Both the position numbers and the translations under genes were made by a program. Positions 1 to 9,866 of a stretch of DNA of 64,000 nucleotides are shown here, in pieces. A model generated the notes under the pieces. The model saw only the letters and a program-made list of their open reading frames with translations, made no database searches and was not told the DNA's origin. The stretch's first letter is position 1; each line of letters opens with the position of its first letter. Source of the DNA: Bacteroidia bacterium (GTDB taxonomy: Bacteria > Bacteroidota > Bacteroidia > B-17B0 > Aurantibacillaceae); the NCBI GenBank assembly GCA_044352985.1, contig JBILCU010000012.1, positions 45,428 through 109,427 of the forward strand. Reading direction: 5' to 3'.

Positions 1-1510
1 CAATAGAATTACTTTCTGAAACCTGAATTAATTTTCTATAGAAAGAAGCATTTTTTTCTATTCTTAAAAATTTTGGATTTAAACCCTTTCGCTCTCGGTT
101 TCTTCTTAATGTTTCAATCCTTAAATTTAAATCTACACCACTTTCTCTTGGAAACGGATCTCGCTCTTCTAAAATTGCAGCAATGTCTGTTGCGAGTTGT
201 TTAGAACTTTCATCAGTTGAAGAAAGCAGCATGTTAGCTATTCGAGGATGACAAGCTAATGCGTGAATTTTTTTTCCGTGTTCTGTAATTTTATCATTTT
301 CAATTGCACCAATTTGCTCAAGTAATTCTTTTGATTGTTGAATGTTAGCTTTTGGTGGTGGACTTATCCAGTTTAAACTATATGCATTGTTAACTCCCCA
401 TTTATATAATTCAAGTTGCAAGGCAGATAAATCACTTTGTTCAATTTCTGGTATACGATGAGGAGATATTCGTTGTTGCGAAGCAAACGACCACATTCGG
501 TAACAAACCCCCTCGCTTAATCTTCCTGCTCTGCCTGCTCGTTGATCAGCAGCATCATTGGTGATTTTAACCGTTTCAAGTTTACTTAATCCTGATTTTA
601 TATCAAATACATTTTGTTTGGTAAAACCACAATCAATAACAATTTTAATTCCTTCAATGGTTAAACTTGTTTCTGCAATTGATGTTGCGATAACGATTTT
701 TCTTTTGCCTTTTTTATTGGGTAATATGGCTAAAAACTGTTCGCGCGGAGGTAGCATTCCATATAAAGGATGAATTGAAAATTCATGCACTTGATTTTCG
801 AGTAACTCTGCGCATTTTTTTATTTCTGCTTCACCAGGTAAAAACACTAGCGCGTCTCCTTCGTGCTTAGATACTGCTTCAACTACCAAACGAGCTGTTA
901 ACTCCGGTAATAATTTCACATCAGCATCACCGGCGTAAATGAGATCAACTGGGAATAGTTTTCCTTTACTTTCTATTACTTCTGCATTTAATGTTTCTTT
1001 TAGTTTAGGGATGTTTAAAGTTGCCGACATCACCAATAGTTTTAAATCCGGGCGAAGAATTTCCTGAGCCTCTCGGCAAAGTGCAAGAGCTAAATCAGCG
1101 TGTAAACTGCGCTCGTGAAATTCATCAAAAATAACTAATCCAACATTTTCCAAAGCGTTATCGCTTTGCAGCATACGAGTTAAAATTCCTTCTGTTACAA
1201 CTTCCAGTTTTGTATTTGTGCCAATTTTTGATTCGAAACGAATTCTATAGCCAATGGTTTCTCCAACATTTTCATTTAACAATTCGGCCATTCTTAACGC
1301 AATTGTTTTTGCAGCCAAGCGTCTTGGTTCAAGTAATATGATTTTTTTATTTGTTAACCAATTTTCATAAATAAGAGCTACTGGTAATAATGTACTTTTT
1401 CCTGCACCGGGTGGGGCACTTATAATTAGTCTGTTTTCCTTAGCTAAAGTTTTTTTTATTGCCGGAATTACTTCTGTAATTGGTAAATGTATGTCAGAAA
1501 GTTGATTCAT
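1..1510 (-). CDS. hrpB: ATP-dependent RNA helicase HrpB-like (DEAH/DExH box), N-terminal ~503 codons; C-terminus lies outside the window
   Basis: Manual minus-strand translation from the ATG at 1510-1508 gives MNQLSDIHLPITEVIPAIKKTLAKENRLIISAPPGAGKSTLLP (Walker A). It continues through VIFDEFHERS (motif II), MSATL and QRAGRAGR. It is absent from the ORF track because its stop is off-window. Confidence 0.85.
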   Translation of the reverse strand, partial: MNQLSDIHLPITEVIPAIKKTLAKENRLIISAPPGAGKSTLLPVALIYENWLTNKKIILLEPRRLAAKTIALRMAELLNENVGETIGYRIRFESKIGTNTKLEVVTEGILTRMLQSDNALENVGLVIFDEFHERSLHADLALALCREAQEILRPDLKLLVMSATLNIPKLKETLNAEVIESKGKLFPVDLIYAGDADVKLLPELTARLVVEAVSKHEGDALVFLPGEAEIKKCAELLENQVHEFSIHPLYGMLPPREQFLAILPNKKGKRKIVIATSIAETSLTIEGIKIVIDCGFTKQNVFDIKSGLSKLETVKITNDAADQRAGRAGRLSEGVCYRMWSFASQQRISPHRIPEIEQSDLSALQLELYKWGVNNAYSLNWISPPPKANIQQSKELLEQIGAIENDKITEHGKKIHALACHPRIANMLLSSTDESSKQLATDIAAILEERDPFPRESGVDLNLRIETLRRNRERKGLNPKFLRIEKNASFYRKLIQVSESNSI

Positions 1511-1684
1511 TAAAAAGTATTATCAAATATACGGCATGCATTATGTTTTTTACAATTAAAAAAATTAAAGAGATTGAATGTAAACCTGAATTTTTAGTTT
1601 TAATGTAGTTGAATTGTAAAATAGATGATTAAATGCATCAAATAAACCTAAAATAATCTCAGTTAGAGTTTCAAAAAAATCTAA

Positions 1685-2596
1685 CTATTTCATTGAATTA
1701 CCTACCTCTTGTATGTGATTTATTATGCTTTGAATTTTTTGTTGTAACCCGTTTAACTCCAGTTGTTGTGACGCCACTTTACGTTCGGTATCTGTAACAA
1801 TTGTCCAATCAGAAGAGCAGGAGTAAATTTTTTGTTTACCGGTTGTTTTTTGTTTGAACTCATTAATGGTGTTTTGAACCGATAATTTAATGTTTTGAAA
1901 TTCAGTTTTCCCAGAATTTAATTTGTTTAAATCGGTTTTTATTTCATTGCATTTATCAGGAAATACATTATTAAATTGATCGGTTAAATTTATTACTTGT
2001 GACTCATAATTTTTTAAATTATCGGATAAATCATTTTCGTTTTTATTAAGTGAAGTTATGATTTCATTAAATTTAGTGTTGTACATGGAGACGTCACAAA
2101 ATTGAACAATAGGCACAATTGATTCATTCACATGTTTGTTAAAAGAAGTAGCGTTTTTAACAGCTTTATTTCCTACCGATTGTAATTCATTGACATCCGA
2201 TTTCATTTTTTTCTTAGTGACTTTAAATTTTTTCCATTCAGGTGTTCCCGATTCAATTTTGTCTTTTCCTTTTGAGTAGCTAATGAAATTTGAATATTCA
2301 CTGTTTAAATTTTGTTGCAAAACAAGCATTTCATTTACTAATTTTTCTGTTTTTTCTAATTGTTCTTTTGCAGTTTGAAATGGTTTTGTGTCTGTTTTAC
2401 AATTTAAAGAAAGATACTGTTTGTGCATTTCATTTATTTTATCGGTCACAGAAATACAATTATTATTTACCTTATCGATGTTTGTTTTTAATTTACCATT
2501 TAAAGAATCCGTTGAGTAATAAATAGTGCAACCAATTTGACTAAGTGTAGTTAAAATTGAAAACAGAATGGTTTTTAGTACTAATTTATAAGACAT
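1685..2596 (-). CDS. hypothetical secreted/membrane-anchored coiled-coil protein
   Basis: 303-aa ORF with a hydrophobic N-terminus ending in Cys (LSQIGC). The remainder is K/E/N/Q-rich and helical. No recognisable catalytic motif. Confidence 0.5.
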   Translation of the reverse strand: MSYKLVLKTILFSILTTLSQIGCTIYYSTDSLNGKLKTNIDKVNNNCISVTDKINEMHKQYLSLNCKTDTKPFQTAKEQLEKTEKLVNEMLVLQQNLNSEYSNFISYSKGKDKIESGTPEWKKFKVTKKKMKSDVNELQSVGNKAVKNATSFNKHVNESIVPIVQFCDVSMYNTKFNEIITSLNKNENDLSDNLKNYESQVINLTDQFNNVFPDKCNEIKTDLNKLNSGKTEFQNIKLSVQNTINEFKQKTTGKQKIYSCSSDWTIVTDTERKVASQQLELNGLQQKIQSIINHIQEVGNSMK

Positions 2597-2779
2597 ATTT
2601 ATTGTTAAGTTTTTTTGAAGATATAAAAATAAATTTCAGTATTTCTTGAAATATAAATTTTATAAGTTTTTTTTTAAATACTGAGATATACAGTTCAATT
2701 TAATTGATTTGATGAATGAGGTTTATGTTTTTGTATTTTTTTATTTACTTTTCTAAGGATATTCAATTAAATTCGTTTC

Positions 2780-4021
2780 ATGATAAAATACGATCAATTC
2801 ATACTTAAGAATAAATTAAAAGTTATTGTTCATCAAGATAATTCCACGCCAATGGCATGCGTTAATATTTTGTACGATGTTGGTGCACGTGATGAAGATG
2901 AATCAAGAACAGGTTTTGCTCATTTATTTGAACATTTAATGTTCGGTGGAAGCATAAATATTCCTAATTACGATGAACCGCTTCAATTGGTTGGTGGTGA
3001 AAACAATGCATTTACCACGAATGATATTACTAACTATTATTGCTCTTTGCCTGCTAATAATTTAGAAACTGCTTTCTGGCTGGAAAGTGACAGAATGCTG
3101 AGTCTTGCTTTTTCCGAAAAAAGTTTAGAAGTGCAACGTAATGTAGTTATAGAAGAATTTAAACAACGTTATTTAAATCAACCATACGGTGATGTGTGGT
3201 TATTGCTTCGTCCCTTGGCTTATCAACAGCATCCTTATCAATGGGCAACCATTGGAAAGGAAATTTTGCACATTGAGCAAGCAACTATGGAGGATGTGAA
3301 ATCGTTTTTCAAAAAACATTACAATCCGGCAAATGCTATTTTAGTTGTTACCGGAAATGTAGAAACCGAACAGGTAAAACAGTTAGCTGAAAAATGGTTT
3401 GAGCCAATTCCATCAGGTGATAAACCTGAACGTAAATTGCCCGCTGAACCTAAACAAAAACAAGCAAGAACTTTAACTGTTGAGCGCGATGTGCCTATCG
3501 ATAGTATTTATAAAGTGTATCACATGTGCTCAAGACACGATGAGGAATACCATACTACTGATTTAATTTCTGATATATTATCAAGAGGCAATTCTTCCCG
3601 TTTCTATAAATCTCTGATAAAAGAGAAAAAATTATTTTCGGATGTGAATGCTTATGTAATGGGCGATTTTGATAAAGGTTTATTTGTTGTTTCCGGAAAA
3701 TTAAATCCGGGAGTGAGCATGCAGGACGCAGAAAATGGAATTGAAACTGAATTGAAATTAATTAAAGAAAAATTAGTTAGTGAAATCGAACTTCAGAAAT
3801 GCAAGAATAAAACCGAATCAACGATTACGTTTTCCGAAGCGGACATCATGACAAAAGCAACCAATCTTGCAATATCTGAATTGCTAGGAAGTGCCAATTT
3901 AATCAATGAAGAAATTGCTCGTTATGCAAAAGTTACTGCTGAAGATATGAAGCGTGTAGCAAATGAATTGTTTCGAAATGAAAATTCTTCGACTTTGTAT
4001 TATTTATCAAAGAAAAAATAA
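2780..4021 (+). CDS. M16 family zinc peptidase (pitrilysin-like, active-site subunit)
   Basis: Inverted zinc motif HxxEH present (FAHLFEHLMFGGS). The length and layout fit an M16 peptidase. Confidence 0.85.
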   Translation: MIKYDQFILKNKLKVIVHQDNSTPMACVNILYDVGARDEDESRTGFAHLFEHLMFGGSINIPNYDEPLQLVGGENNAFTTNDITNYYCSLPANNLETAFWLESDRMLSLAFSEKSLEVQRNVVIEEFKQRYLNQPYGDVWLLLRPLAYQQHPYQWATIGKEILHIEQATMEDVKSFFKKHYNPANAILVVTGNVETEQVKQLAEKWFEPIPSGDKPERKLPAEPKQKQARTLTVERDVPIDSIYKVYHMCSRHDEEYHTTDLISDILSRGNSSRFYKSLIKEKKLFSDVNAYVMGDFDKGLFVVSGKLNPGVSMQDAENGIETELKLIKEKLVSEIELQKCKNKTESTITFSEADIMTKATNLAISELLGSANLINEEIARYAKVTAEDMKRVANELFRNENSSTLYYLSKKK

Positions 4022-4023
4022 AC

Positions 4024-4977
4024 ATGTCTCTCGAAGAAATAAAACAACGATTACTTCAACTTCATTTTAATGAAGAAGTTCTTGTAAGATATTATGAACA
4101 CCATCGATATTATCATAACTTTAATCATTTACAAGAGGTACTAATTGAGCTAAGAAACAAACAAGTCGTTGATGATGATGAATTGTTTTTAGCAGCTGTT
4201 TTTCATGATGCGGTTTATGATTCTCGAAAACAAGATAATGAAGAACAATCCGCTTTGCTATTTAAAGAAGAGGCAAAAAAGGCAAATTATCCGCAAGATA
4301 AAACAGAAGTTATTGCTCAACTTATTTTAGACACTAAATATCATCAGCCTACAACTGAAAAATCAAAATTATTGATTGATGCTGATTTGAATATTTTTAA
4401 TGCATCCACAGCTCGATTAATTGAATACGAAAAACAAATCTTAAAAGAATACCAACACGTTGATTTTTTAGTGTATCGCGAAAAACGAATTGAAGTGCTA
4501 CAAAAATTCAACACCAATCATCGCCTTGATTTTTTAATTGATTATGTAAAATCAGTTCATCCTGTAATTGCTGTTTTTCCAGGTAGTTTCAACCCTTTTC
4601 ACAAAGGACATTTTAATGTGTTGCAAAAAGCGGAACAGATTTTTGATAAAGTAATTATTGCATTCGGTAAAAATCCGGAAAAGCAAAATAGATCTTGGGA
4701 AATTCCTAAAACCATACAAAACCGACAAATTGCTAGTTATGAAGGATTAGTTACGGATTTTGTTGATTCATTAGGATACGAAGTAATTATTATTCGTGGT
4801 TTACGTAACTCAACCGATTTTCAGTACGAACAAAATCAGTATCGTTACATACAAGAACTAAAACCAAAGGTTAAAATTGTTAGCGTTTTCTGCGACAAGG
4901 AATACGAACACATCAGCTCATCGGGGATTCGTACACTCGAAAAATACAATAAACACAAACATTATTTACTCGATTAA
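4024..4977 (+). CDS. fusion protein: N-terminal HD-superfamily phosphohydrolase-like domain plus C-terminal CoaD-like (pantetheine-phosphate adenylyltransferase family) nucleotidyltransferase domain
   Basis: The N-terminal half has HHRYYHNFNHLQEVL and AAVFHDAVYD (HD-type metal ligands). The C-terminal half has FPGSFNPFHKGH (HxGH), IRGLRNSTDFQYEQ and ISSSGIR, as in CoaD/cytidylyltransferases. Confidence 0.7.
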   Translation: MSLEEIKQRLLQLHFNEEVLVRYYEHHRYYHNFNHLQEVLIELRNKQVVDDDELFLAAVFHDAVYDSRKQDNEEQSALLFKEEAKKANYPQDKTEVIAQLILDTKYHQPTTEKSKLLIDADLNIFNASTARLIEYEKQILKEYQHVDFLVYREKRIEVLQKFNTNHRLDFLIDYVKSVHPVIAVFPGSFNPFHKGHFNVLQKAEQIFDKVIIAFGKNPEKQNRSWEIPKTIQNRQIASYEGLVTDFVDSLGYEVIIIRGLRNSTDFQYEQNQYRYIQELKPKVKIVSVFCDKEYEHISSSGIRTLEKYNKHKHYLLD

Positions 4978-4979
4978 TT

Positions 4980-6260
4980 ATGCTAAATAGAACAGCAGCT
5001 CCGGCTTTTAATACCATTGATAAAATTGACATCATTCAGGCAAACAAACAAGTGTTGGATAACGGCATTGAAGTGTATACTGTAAGTGCAGGCAGTCAAG
5101 AGTTAAGCCGCATTGAATTTATATTTAAAGCAGGAATGTATTACCAAAATTCCCCATTGATTGCATCTTGTGCTAACAATATGGCTGAAACCGGAACAAT
5201 AAAAAGAACTGCCGATGAAATTTCGGATGGAATAGATTTTTTCGGTTCTTTTTTTGAGTGTGGCGCAGATCAAGATTATGCTAATTTCACTGTGTTTAGT
5301 TTAAATAAATACTTAGATGAAACACTAGATTTTGCTGAGGACATCATGAAAAATCCTGTTTTTCCAAAGCATGAATTTGATATCATGCTTAGCAACAGAA
5401 AACAGAAGCACATTGTGAATTCAAAAAAAGTGAATATGCTTGTTCGCCGAGAATTCAATAAATTAATTTTTGGAGCTCAGCATCCTTACGGTGTTGAAGT
5501 ATACGATAATCATTTTGATGAGTTGCAACTGCAACGTGTAATCGATTTTTATCAATCGCATTACCACTCCGAAAACTGTACCATTATTGCATCAGGTAAA
5601 TTGCCGGATAATTTAATTGCTATTTTAAATAAACGATTTGGAAAAACAACTTGGGGCAATTTGCAGGAAGTTAAAAAGGATTTCATTCCTTTTCAAACAA
5701 CTACGCAGCAAAAAAATTTAATTGTAAAAGATGATGCCATTCAATCAGCTATTCGTATTGGCAGACCATTATTCAACAGAACGCATGCAGATTATTTTAA
5801 ATTTCAAGTATTAAATACTGCCTTAGGTGGCTACTTTGGATCAAGGTTAATGGCTAATATCAGAGAAGATAAAGGTTATACCTATGGTATTGGGTCAGGA
5901 CTTGGTAATTTGATTAGAGGAGGTTTCTTTTTCATTTCAACAGAAGTAGGTGTTGATGTAACTCAAAAAACATTGGATGAAATTTACAAGGAACTTGCTT
6001 TGTTAAGAGAAGAACTCATTAGCGAAGACGAATTAGAACTGATAAGAAATTATATGCTTGGTCAGTTTTTAAGAACGGTGGAAGGACCTTTTTCACTTGC
6101 AGATAAATTTAAATTGATTTGGGAGTTTGGCCTTTCTTACGATTATTTCGACAACTATTTCAATCAAGTTAAAACTGTTCAGCCTACTGAATTAAATCAA
6201 TTAGCAAAATCTTATTTTCAAGAGAAAGATATGATTGAGTGCGTGGTGGGTAAGAAGTAG
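4980..6260 (+). CDS. M16 family peptidase, non-catalytic type subunit (no HxxEH)
   Basis: 426 aa with M16 C-terminal-domain features (NIREDKGYTYGIGS). It lacks the HxxEH zinc motif. It pairs with 2780-4021. Confidence 0.8.
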   Translation: MLNRTAAPAFNTIDKIDIIQANKQVLDNGIEVYTVSAGSQELSRIEFIFKAGMYYQNSPLIASCANNMAETGTIKRTADEISDGIDFFGSFFECGADQDYANFTVFSLNKYLDETLDFAEDIMKNPVFPKHEFDIMLSNRKQKHIVNSKKVNMLVRREFNKLIFGAQHPYGVEVYDNHFDELQLQRVIDFYQSHYHSENCTIIASGKLPDNLIAILNKRFGKTTWGNLQEVKKDFIPFQTTTQQKNLIVKDDAIQSAIRIGRPLFNRTHADYFKFQVLNTALGGYFGSRLMANIREDKGYTYGIGSGLGNLIRGGFFFISTEVGVDVTQKTLDEIYKELALLREELISEDELELIRNYMLGQFLRTVEGPFSLADKFKLIWEFGLSYDYFDNYFNQVKTVQPTELNQLAKSYFQEKDMIECVVGKK

Positions 6261-6297
6261 AATACAGTTTTAATAATTAAACTGAGATAGAAGCTAT

Positions 6298-6612
6298 TTA
6301 CAATAGAATCATACTTGGTTCTATATAAATTTTCTTGATATGCAACAGACTCAGTTGCATTACATATTCAGGAAATTTACTAAACACACCATGATTAATA
6401 TCGTATTCTCGCCAAAATTGTTTTTTATATTCAATAGGTAAAAAACAATATTTCTCAGATGGATAAAGGTATTGTATATCTCCCTTCATAACTTTGAATT
6501 GAACAAATTGACCTTTTAAAATTTTATCATTATCAGTTAAAATTTCAGCATTTGAAAAATGCGGGTTGGCCAAATTATAGGGTTGAAATATTTTTTCAGT
6601 TACTAAATTCAT
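6298..6612 (-). CDS. hypothetical protein
   Basis: 104-aa ORF with no recognisable motif. It is the only ORF of this size in its interval. Confidence 0.4.
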   Translation of the reverse strand: MNLVTEKIFQPYNLANPHFSNAEILTDNDKILKGQFVQFKVMKGDIQYLYPSEKYCFLPIEYKKQFWREYDINHGVFSKFPEYVMQLSLLHIKKIYIEPSMILL

Positions 6613-6765
6613 ACTAGAATTAAAATTATATTATTTAAAATTGATATGATGTTTTTAATGTTTTGTATAATAAACATAAATTGAAATTACCATGTTACAA
6701 ATAAGTATAAAAACGATTGATTATATAAGTTAAAACTATGTGTCAATTAATGCAAACAATTAAGA

Positions 6766-6773
6766 TATATTTG
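6766..6773 (+). promoter_or_regulatory. Bacteroidota-type -7 promoter box TATATTTG (TAnnTTTG) upstream of structured element copy A
   Basis: Exact TAnnTTTG match 13 nt upstream of the conserved 5' block of the element at 6787. Confidence 0.35.
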
Positions 6774-6786
6774 ATTATCTATTAAT

Positions 6787-6945
6787 ATTGAAATTGACGT
6801 AGCAAAGACCAACAAAAGTGTCAAGAAATGTAGAAGCCTTGGAGATATTTTAGCATTTGTTTGAAGTTCGCAATTTATTGCGATTGCCTTGGCAATTTCT
6901 TGAGTTTTCTTTGATACTTTCTTTTGTTCAAGCAAAAGAAAGTAT
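6787..6945 (+). ncRNA. candidate structured RNA / structured repeat, copy A
   Basis: Shares identical blocks with 36118-36273: ATTGAAATTGACGTAGCAAA, GAAGCCTTGGAG, TTTTAGC and GATTGCCTTGGCAATTTCT. The blocks are separated by hairpins whose sequences differ but stay paired. It ends in a 13-bp hairpin at 6914-6945. G.U pairs are valid only on the + strand. Confidence 0.45.
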
Positions 6946-7091
6946 ATAAACTTTAAATTTGTATAATTAAACACTAAATAAATTGAAAAAATTACGGCAT
7001 TATTTTACAAGTTAAACAATTATAATTCAATATAAATTACAATGTTTATAGGGGAAAGATTTATGTGTTTTAGTTTTTAAAATAAGATAAA

Positions 7092-7724
7092 TTAAAATGG
7101 TTCCAATTCCTGTTCTTTTAACAATTCAATTACTTTCTCATTACTTACCTGAGTAAAATCATCATAAAACTGCCCAACACTATGAAAATTAGATGGAATT
7201 TGTAGGCAAATAAATTCATCAACTAGTTCTTCTAATTGTATCGCGGTATTTTTAGGTGATACAGGAATAGCTACTACAATTTTTTTAGGTTTTCTTTTTT
7301 TAATGGTATGTATACTTGCTATTAATGTATTTCCAGTTGCAACACCGTCATCTACCAGAATTATATTTTTCCCTTTAATATCTGTAAGTTGTTTTTCACC
7401 CATAAAAAGACTTAGTTTTTTAGTTAATTCTTCTTTAATTTTTTTTGATTGTTCCTGAACATATTCTTCAGATACACCTTTTAATCGTGGATTAATGGTT
7501 ACTCCATGTAACGTTACAGAACCTATTGCAAATTCAGGATTTATAGGATGACCAATTTTTTTAGACAATTCAATTTCAAGTGGAAGTTGCAAGCGTTTTG
7601 CAATTATAGAAGCCACTGGAACTCCACCTCGTGGAATGGCAATTACAATAGTGTTTGTGCCTTTATAAGAAATTAATTTTTTAGCTAATAATTTACCTGC
7701 TTCATCTCTGTTTTTAAAATTCAT
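7092..7724 (-). CDS. phosphoribosyltransferase family protein
   Basis: PRPP-binding motif IILVDDGVATGNT. Size and layout fit type I PRTase-like proteins. Confidence 0.8.
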   Translation of the reverse strand: MNFKNRDEAGKLLAKKLISYKGTNTIVIAIPRGGVPVASIIAKRLQLPLEIELSKKIGHPINPEFAIGSVTLHGVTINPRLKGVSEEYVQEQSKKIKEELTKKLSLFMGEKQLTDIKGKNIILVDDGVATGNTLIASIHTIKKRKPKKIVVAIPVSPKNTAIQLEELVDEFICLQIPSNFHSVGQFYDDFTQVSNEKVIELLKEQELEPF

Positions 7725-7743
7725 TTTTTTGTTTTTTTAAATT

Positions 7744-8403
7744 TTATATTAAATACTTATTAAACCAATTCGTCGCTAAAAAAGAAACTTCTTCCAATGC
7801 ACCTTTTTCTTCAAATAAGTGACTCGCTTCCGGAATAATTTCTAAACGTCTTTTACAATTCATTTGTTCAAATACTCTTTTGTTCATAAACAACACATCA
7901 TGATCTAATTCACCAATTATAAATAAGGTAGGTATTGTTATTTTTTTTGCTGAATCAATTGCTAAATCTGTTCTCCCACCTCTTGAAACAATTGCTTTTA
8001 TATCATTAGGGAATTTTTCAGCGGCACGAAGTGCAGAAGCTGCACCTGTACTTGCACCAAATAAACCTATTTTTAAATTTTTAGTTTCATCTGCTTTTTT
8101 TAAGTGTTCGATAACATCTACCAATCTTTCAGTTAATAAATTTATGTTGAAACGATTTGCTATAAATGCATCTTCATGTACCGATAATAAATCAAATAGA
8201 TAAGTAGCAATATTGTTTTTTTGTAATTGTTCTGCCACATACAAATTACGTTTACTTAATCTACTACTTCCGCTTCCATGTGAGAATATAACTAATTGAG
8301 TTGCTGTTTCGGGTACTACTAATTCACCTTCTAGTTTTTTTCCATCTACATAAATTGGATATGATGATGAAGTAATTTGTAATTGTGTTTCTAATTCAAA
8401 CAT
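7744..8403 (-). CDS. alpha/beta hydrolase (dienelactone hydrolase-like)
   Basis: Oxyanion-type FSHGSGSS and nucleophile elbow GLFGASTGAA. A C-terminal His lies in EASHLF. Confidence 0.75.
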   Translation of the reverse strand: MFELETQLQITSSSYPIYVDGKKLEGELVVPETATQLVIFSHGSGSSRLSKRNLYVAEQLQKNNIATYLFDLLSVHEDAFIANRFNINLLTERLVDVIEHLKKADETKNLKIGLFGASTGAASALRAAEKFPNDIKAIVSRGGRTDLAIDSAKKITIPTLFIIGELDHDVLFMNKRVFEQMNCKRRLEIIPEASHLFEEKGALEEVSFLATNWFNKYLI

Positions 8404-8527
8404 GCTCTTAAATTATTATCAAAAGTAGTTGTGTGAAAGAGCTTTAACAATGCTTGATTCAATAGTTGATTGTGATTAAATCTATAGAATTGGATTTATA
8501 TGTGGATTAATTTTTTCATTAAAAAAT

Positions 8528-9865
8528 ATGAGAACAATTACTAAACACTTTTCATCATTTGATGTAGAAGAAATTAAAGAAATAGTTAGAAATAATGAGC
8601 AAAAATTAGAAACGGAAAATGATTTGGATTCATTTATTGAGTTAGTAGGTAATTCACGATTTGTTCTTTTAGGAGAGGCCAGTCATGGAACACATGAATA
8701 TTATCTATGGAGAATGAAAATTACTCAACGATTAATTCTTGAAAAAGGATTTACGATAATTGCTGTTGAAGGTGACTGGCCGGATTGTTATCGAATAAAC
8801 AGATATATTAAAAATTTTGCGGATGCAAAAAAGAATGCATTGGATGTGCTGAGTACTTTTAATCGTTGGCCGACATGGATGTGGGCAAATTGGGAAACGG
8901 CTGCTTTTATGGAGTGGTCAAAGAAACATAATCACACATTAGCTCAAAATAGAAAAGTTGGTTTTTACGGTTTAGATGTTTACAGCTTTCGGGAATCTTT
9001 GGTTGATATCATGAATTATTTAAGAAAATATGATAAAAACACCTATGAAATAGCAGACAGAGCTTTAATGTGTTTTGATGCGCTTGAAAAAGAGGAAGGG
9101 CAATCTTATTCTAAAACAGCAAGTTATTTTACCAATTTATGCGAGAAAGAAGTGAATGATTTATTGCATGAAATAAGAGAAAATTTATACAAGTATAATT
9201 CTGATCCTGAAAATGTTTTGAGTACTGAACAGAATGCATACATAACAGTTAATGCTGAATTGTATTATAGAAATATGTATAAAGGTGGACCTGATGCTTG
9301 GAATATACGCGATCAGCACATGATGCAAACTATTGAACGATTATTGGGATTTCATGGTGAACGTTCAAAAATTATTGTATGGGCTCATAATACTCACATT
9401 GGCGATGCACGAGCTACTGATATGGCTGATGAAAATATGATTAATGTAGGACAATTATTACATGAAAAATACGATAATGAAGGTGTTATTTCACTTGGTT
9501 TCGGTTCTAATGAGGGAGCTGTTTTAGCAGGCACACATTGGGGTTCAAAAGTATATAATGTGAATATGCCAATGGCGAAAAAAAATAGTTGGGAGTTTCT
9601 TTTAAATGAATCTATAAGAAATGAAAAGGTTTATTTACCACTTCATAAACTAAAAGAAAAAAAGGTGTTGAATCAAGCTTTTGGGCATAGAGCAGTTGGA
9701 GTGGTGTACAACCCCGAAAATGAAAAATATGGTAACTATGTTCCAAGCATAATGCCAATGCGCTATGATGCTTTTTTGTTTTTTAAAAACACAAAAGCAC
9801 TTCATACTATAGATGTTAAAACGGATATACATCAAATTCCGGAAACTTATCCTTTCGGTTTTTAA
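8528..9865 (+). CDS. erythromycin esterase family protein
   Basis: Family-typical motifs LLGEASHGTHEYY and VWAHNTHIGD. Confidence 0.75.
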   Translation: MRTITKHFSSFDVEEIKEIVRNNEQKLETENDLDSFIELVGNSRFVLLGEASHGTHEYYLWRMKITQRLILEKGFTIIAVEGDWPDCYRINRYIKNFADAKKNALDVLSTFNRWPTWMWANWETAAFMEWSKKHNHTLAQNRKVGFYGLDVYSFRESLVDIMNYLRKYDKNTYEIADRALMCFDALEKEEGQSYSKTASYFTNLCEKEVNDLLHEIRENLYKYNSDPENVLSTEQNAYITVNAELYYRNMYKGGPDAWNIRDQHMMQTIERLLGFHGERSKIIVWAHNTHIGDARATDMADENMINVGQLLHEKYDNEGVISLGFGSNEGAVLAGTHWGSKVYNVNMPMAKKNSWEFLLNESIRNEKVYLPLHKLKEKKVLNQAFGHRAVGVVYNPENEKYGNYVPSIMPMRYDAFLFFKNTKALHTIDVKTDIHQIPETYPFGF

Positions 9866-9866
9866 G

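Noticed and set aside
6747-6974. 75-aa minus-strand ORF (GTG start) over structured element copy A
   Set aside because: It is low-complexity and hydrophobic/K-rich and lies antisense to the conserved stems. Copy B has no corresponding minus-strand ORF, so the conservation is not protein-coding.
9813-9866. Upstream extension of the PolX ORF overlapping the esterase gene by 53 nt
   Set aside because: The extension is hydrophobic and basic with no PolX homology. The ATG at 9867, 1 nt after the upstream stop, gives the expected HhH N-terminus.
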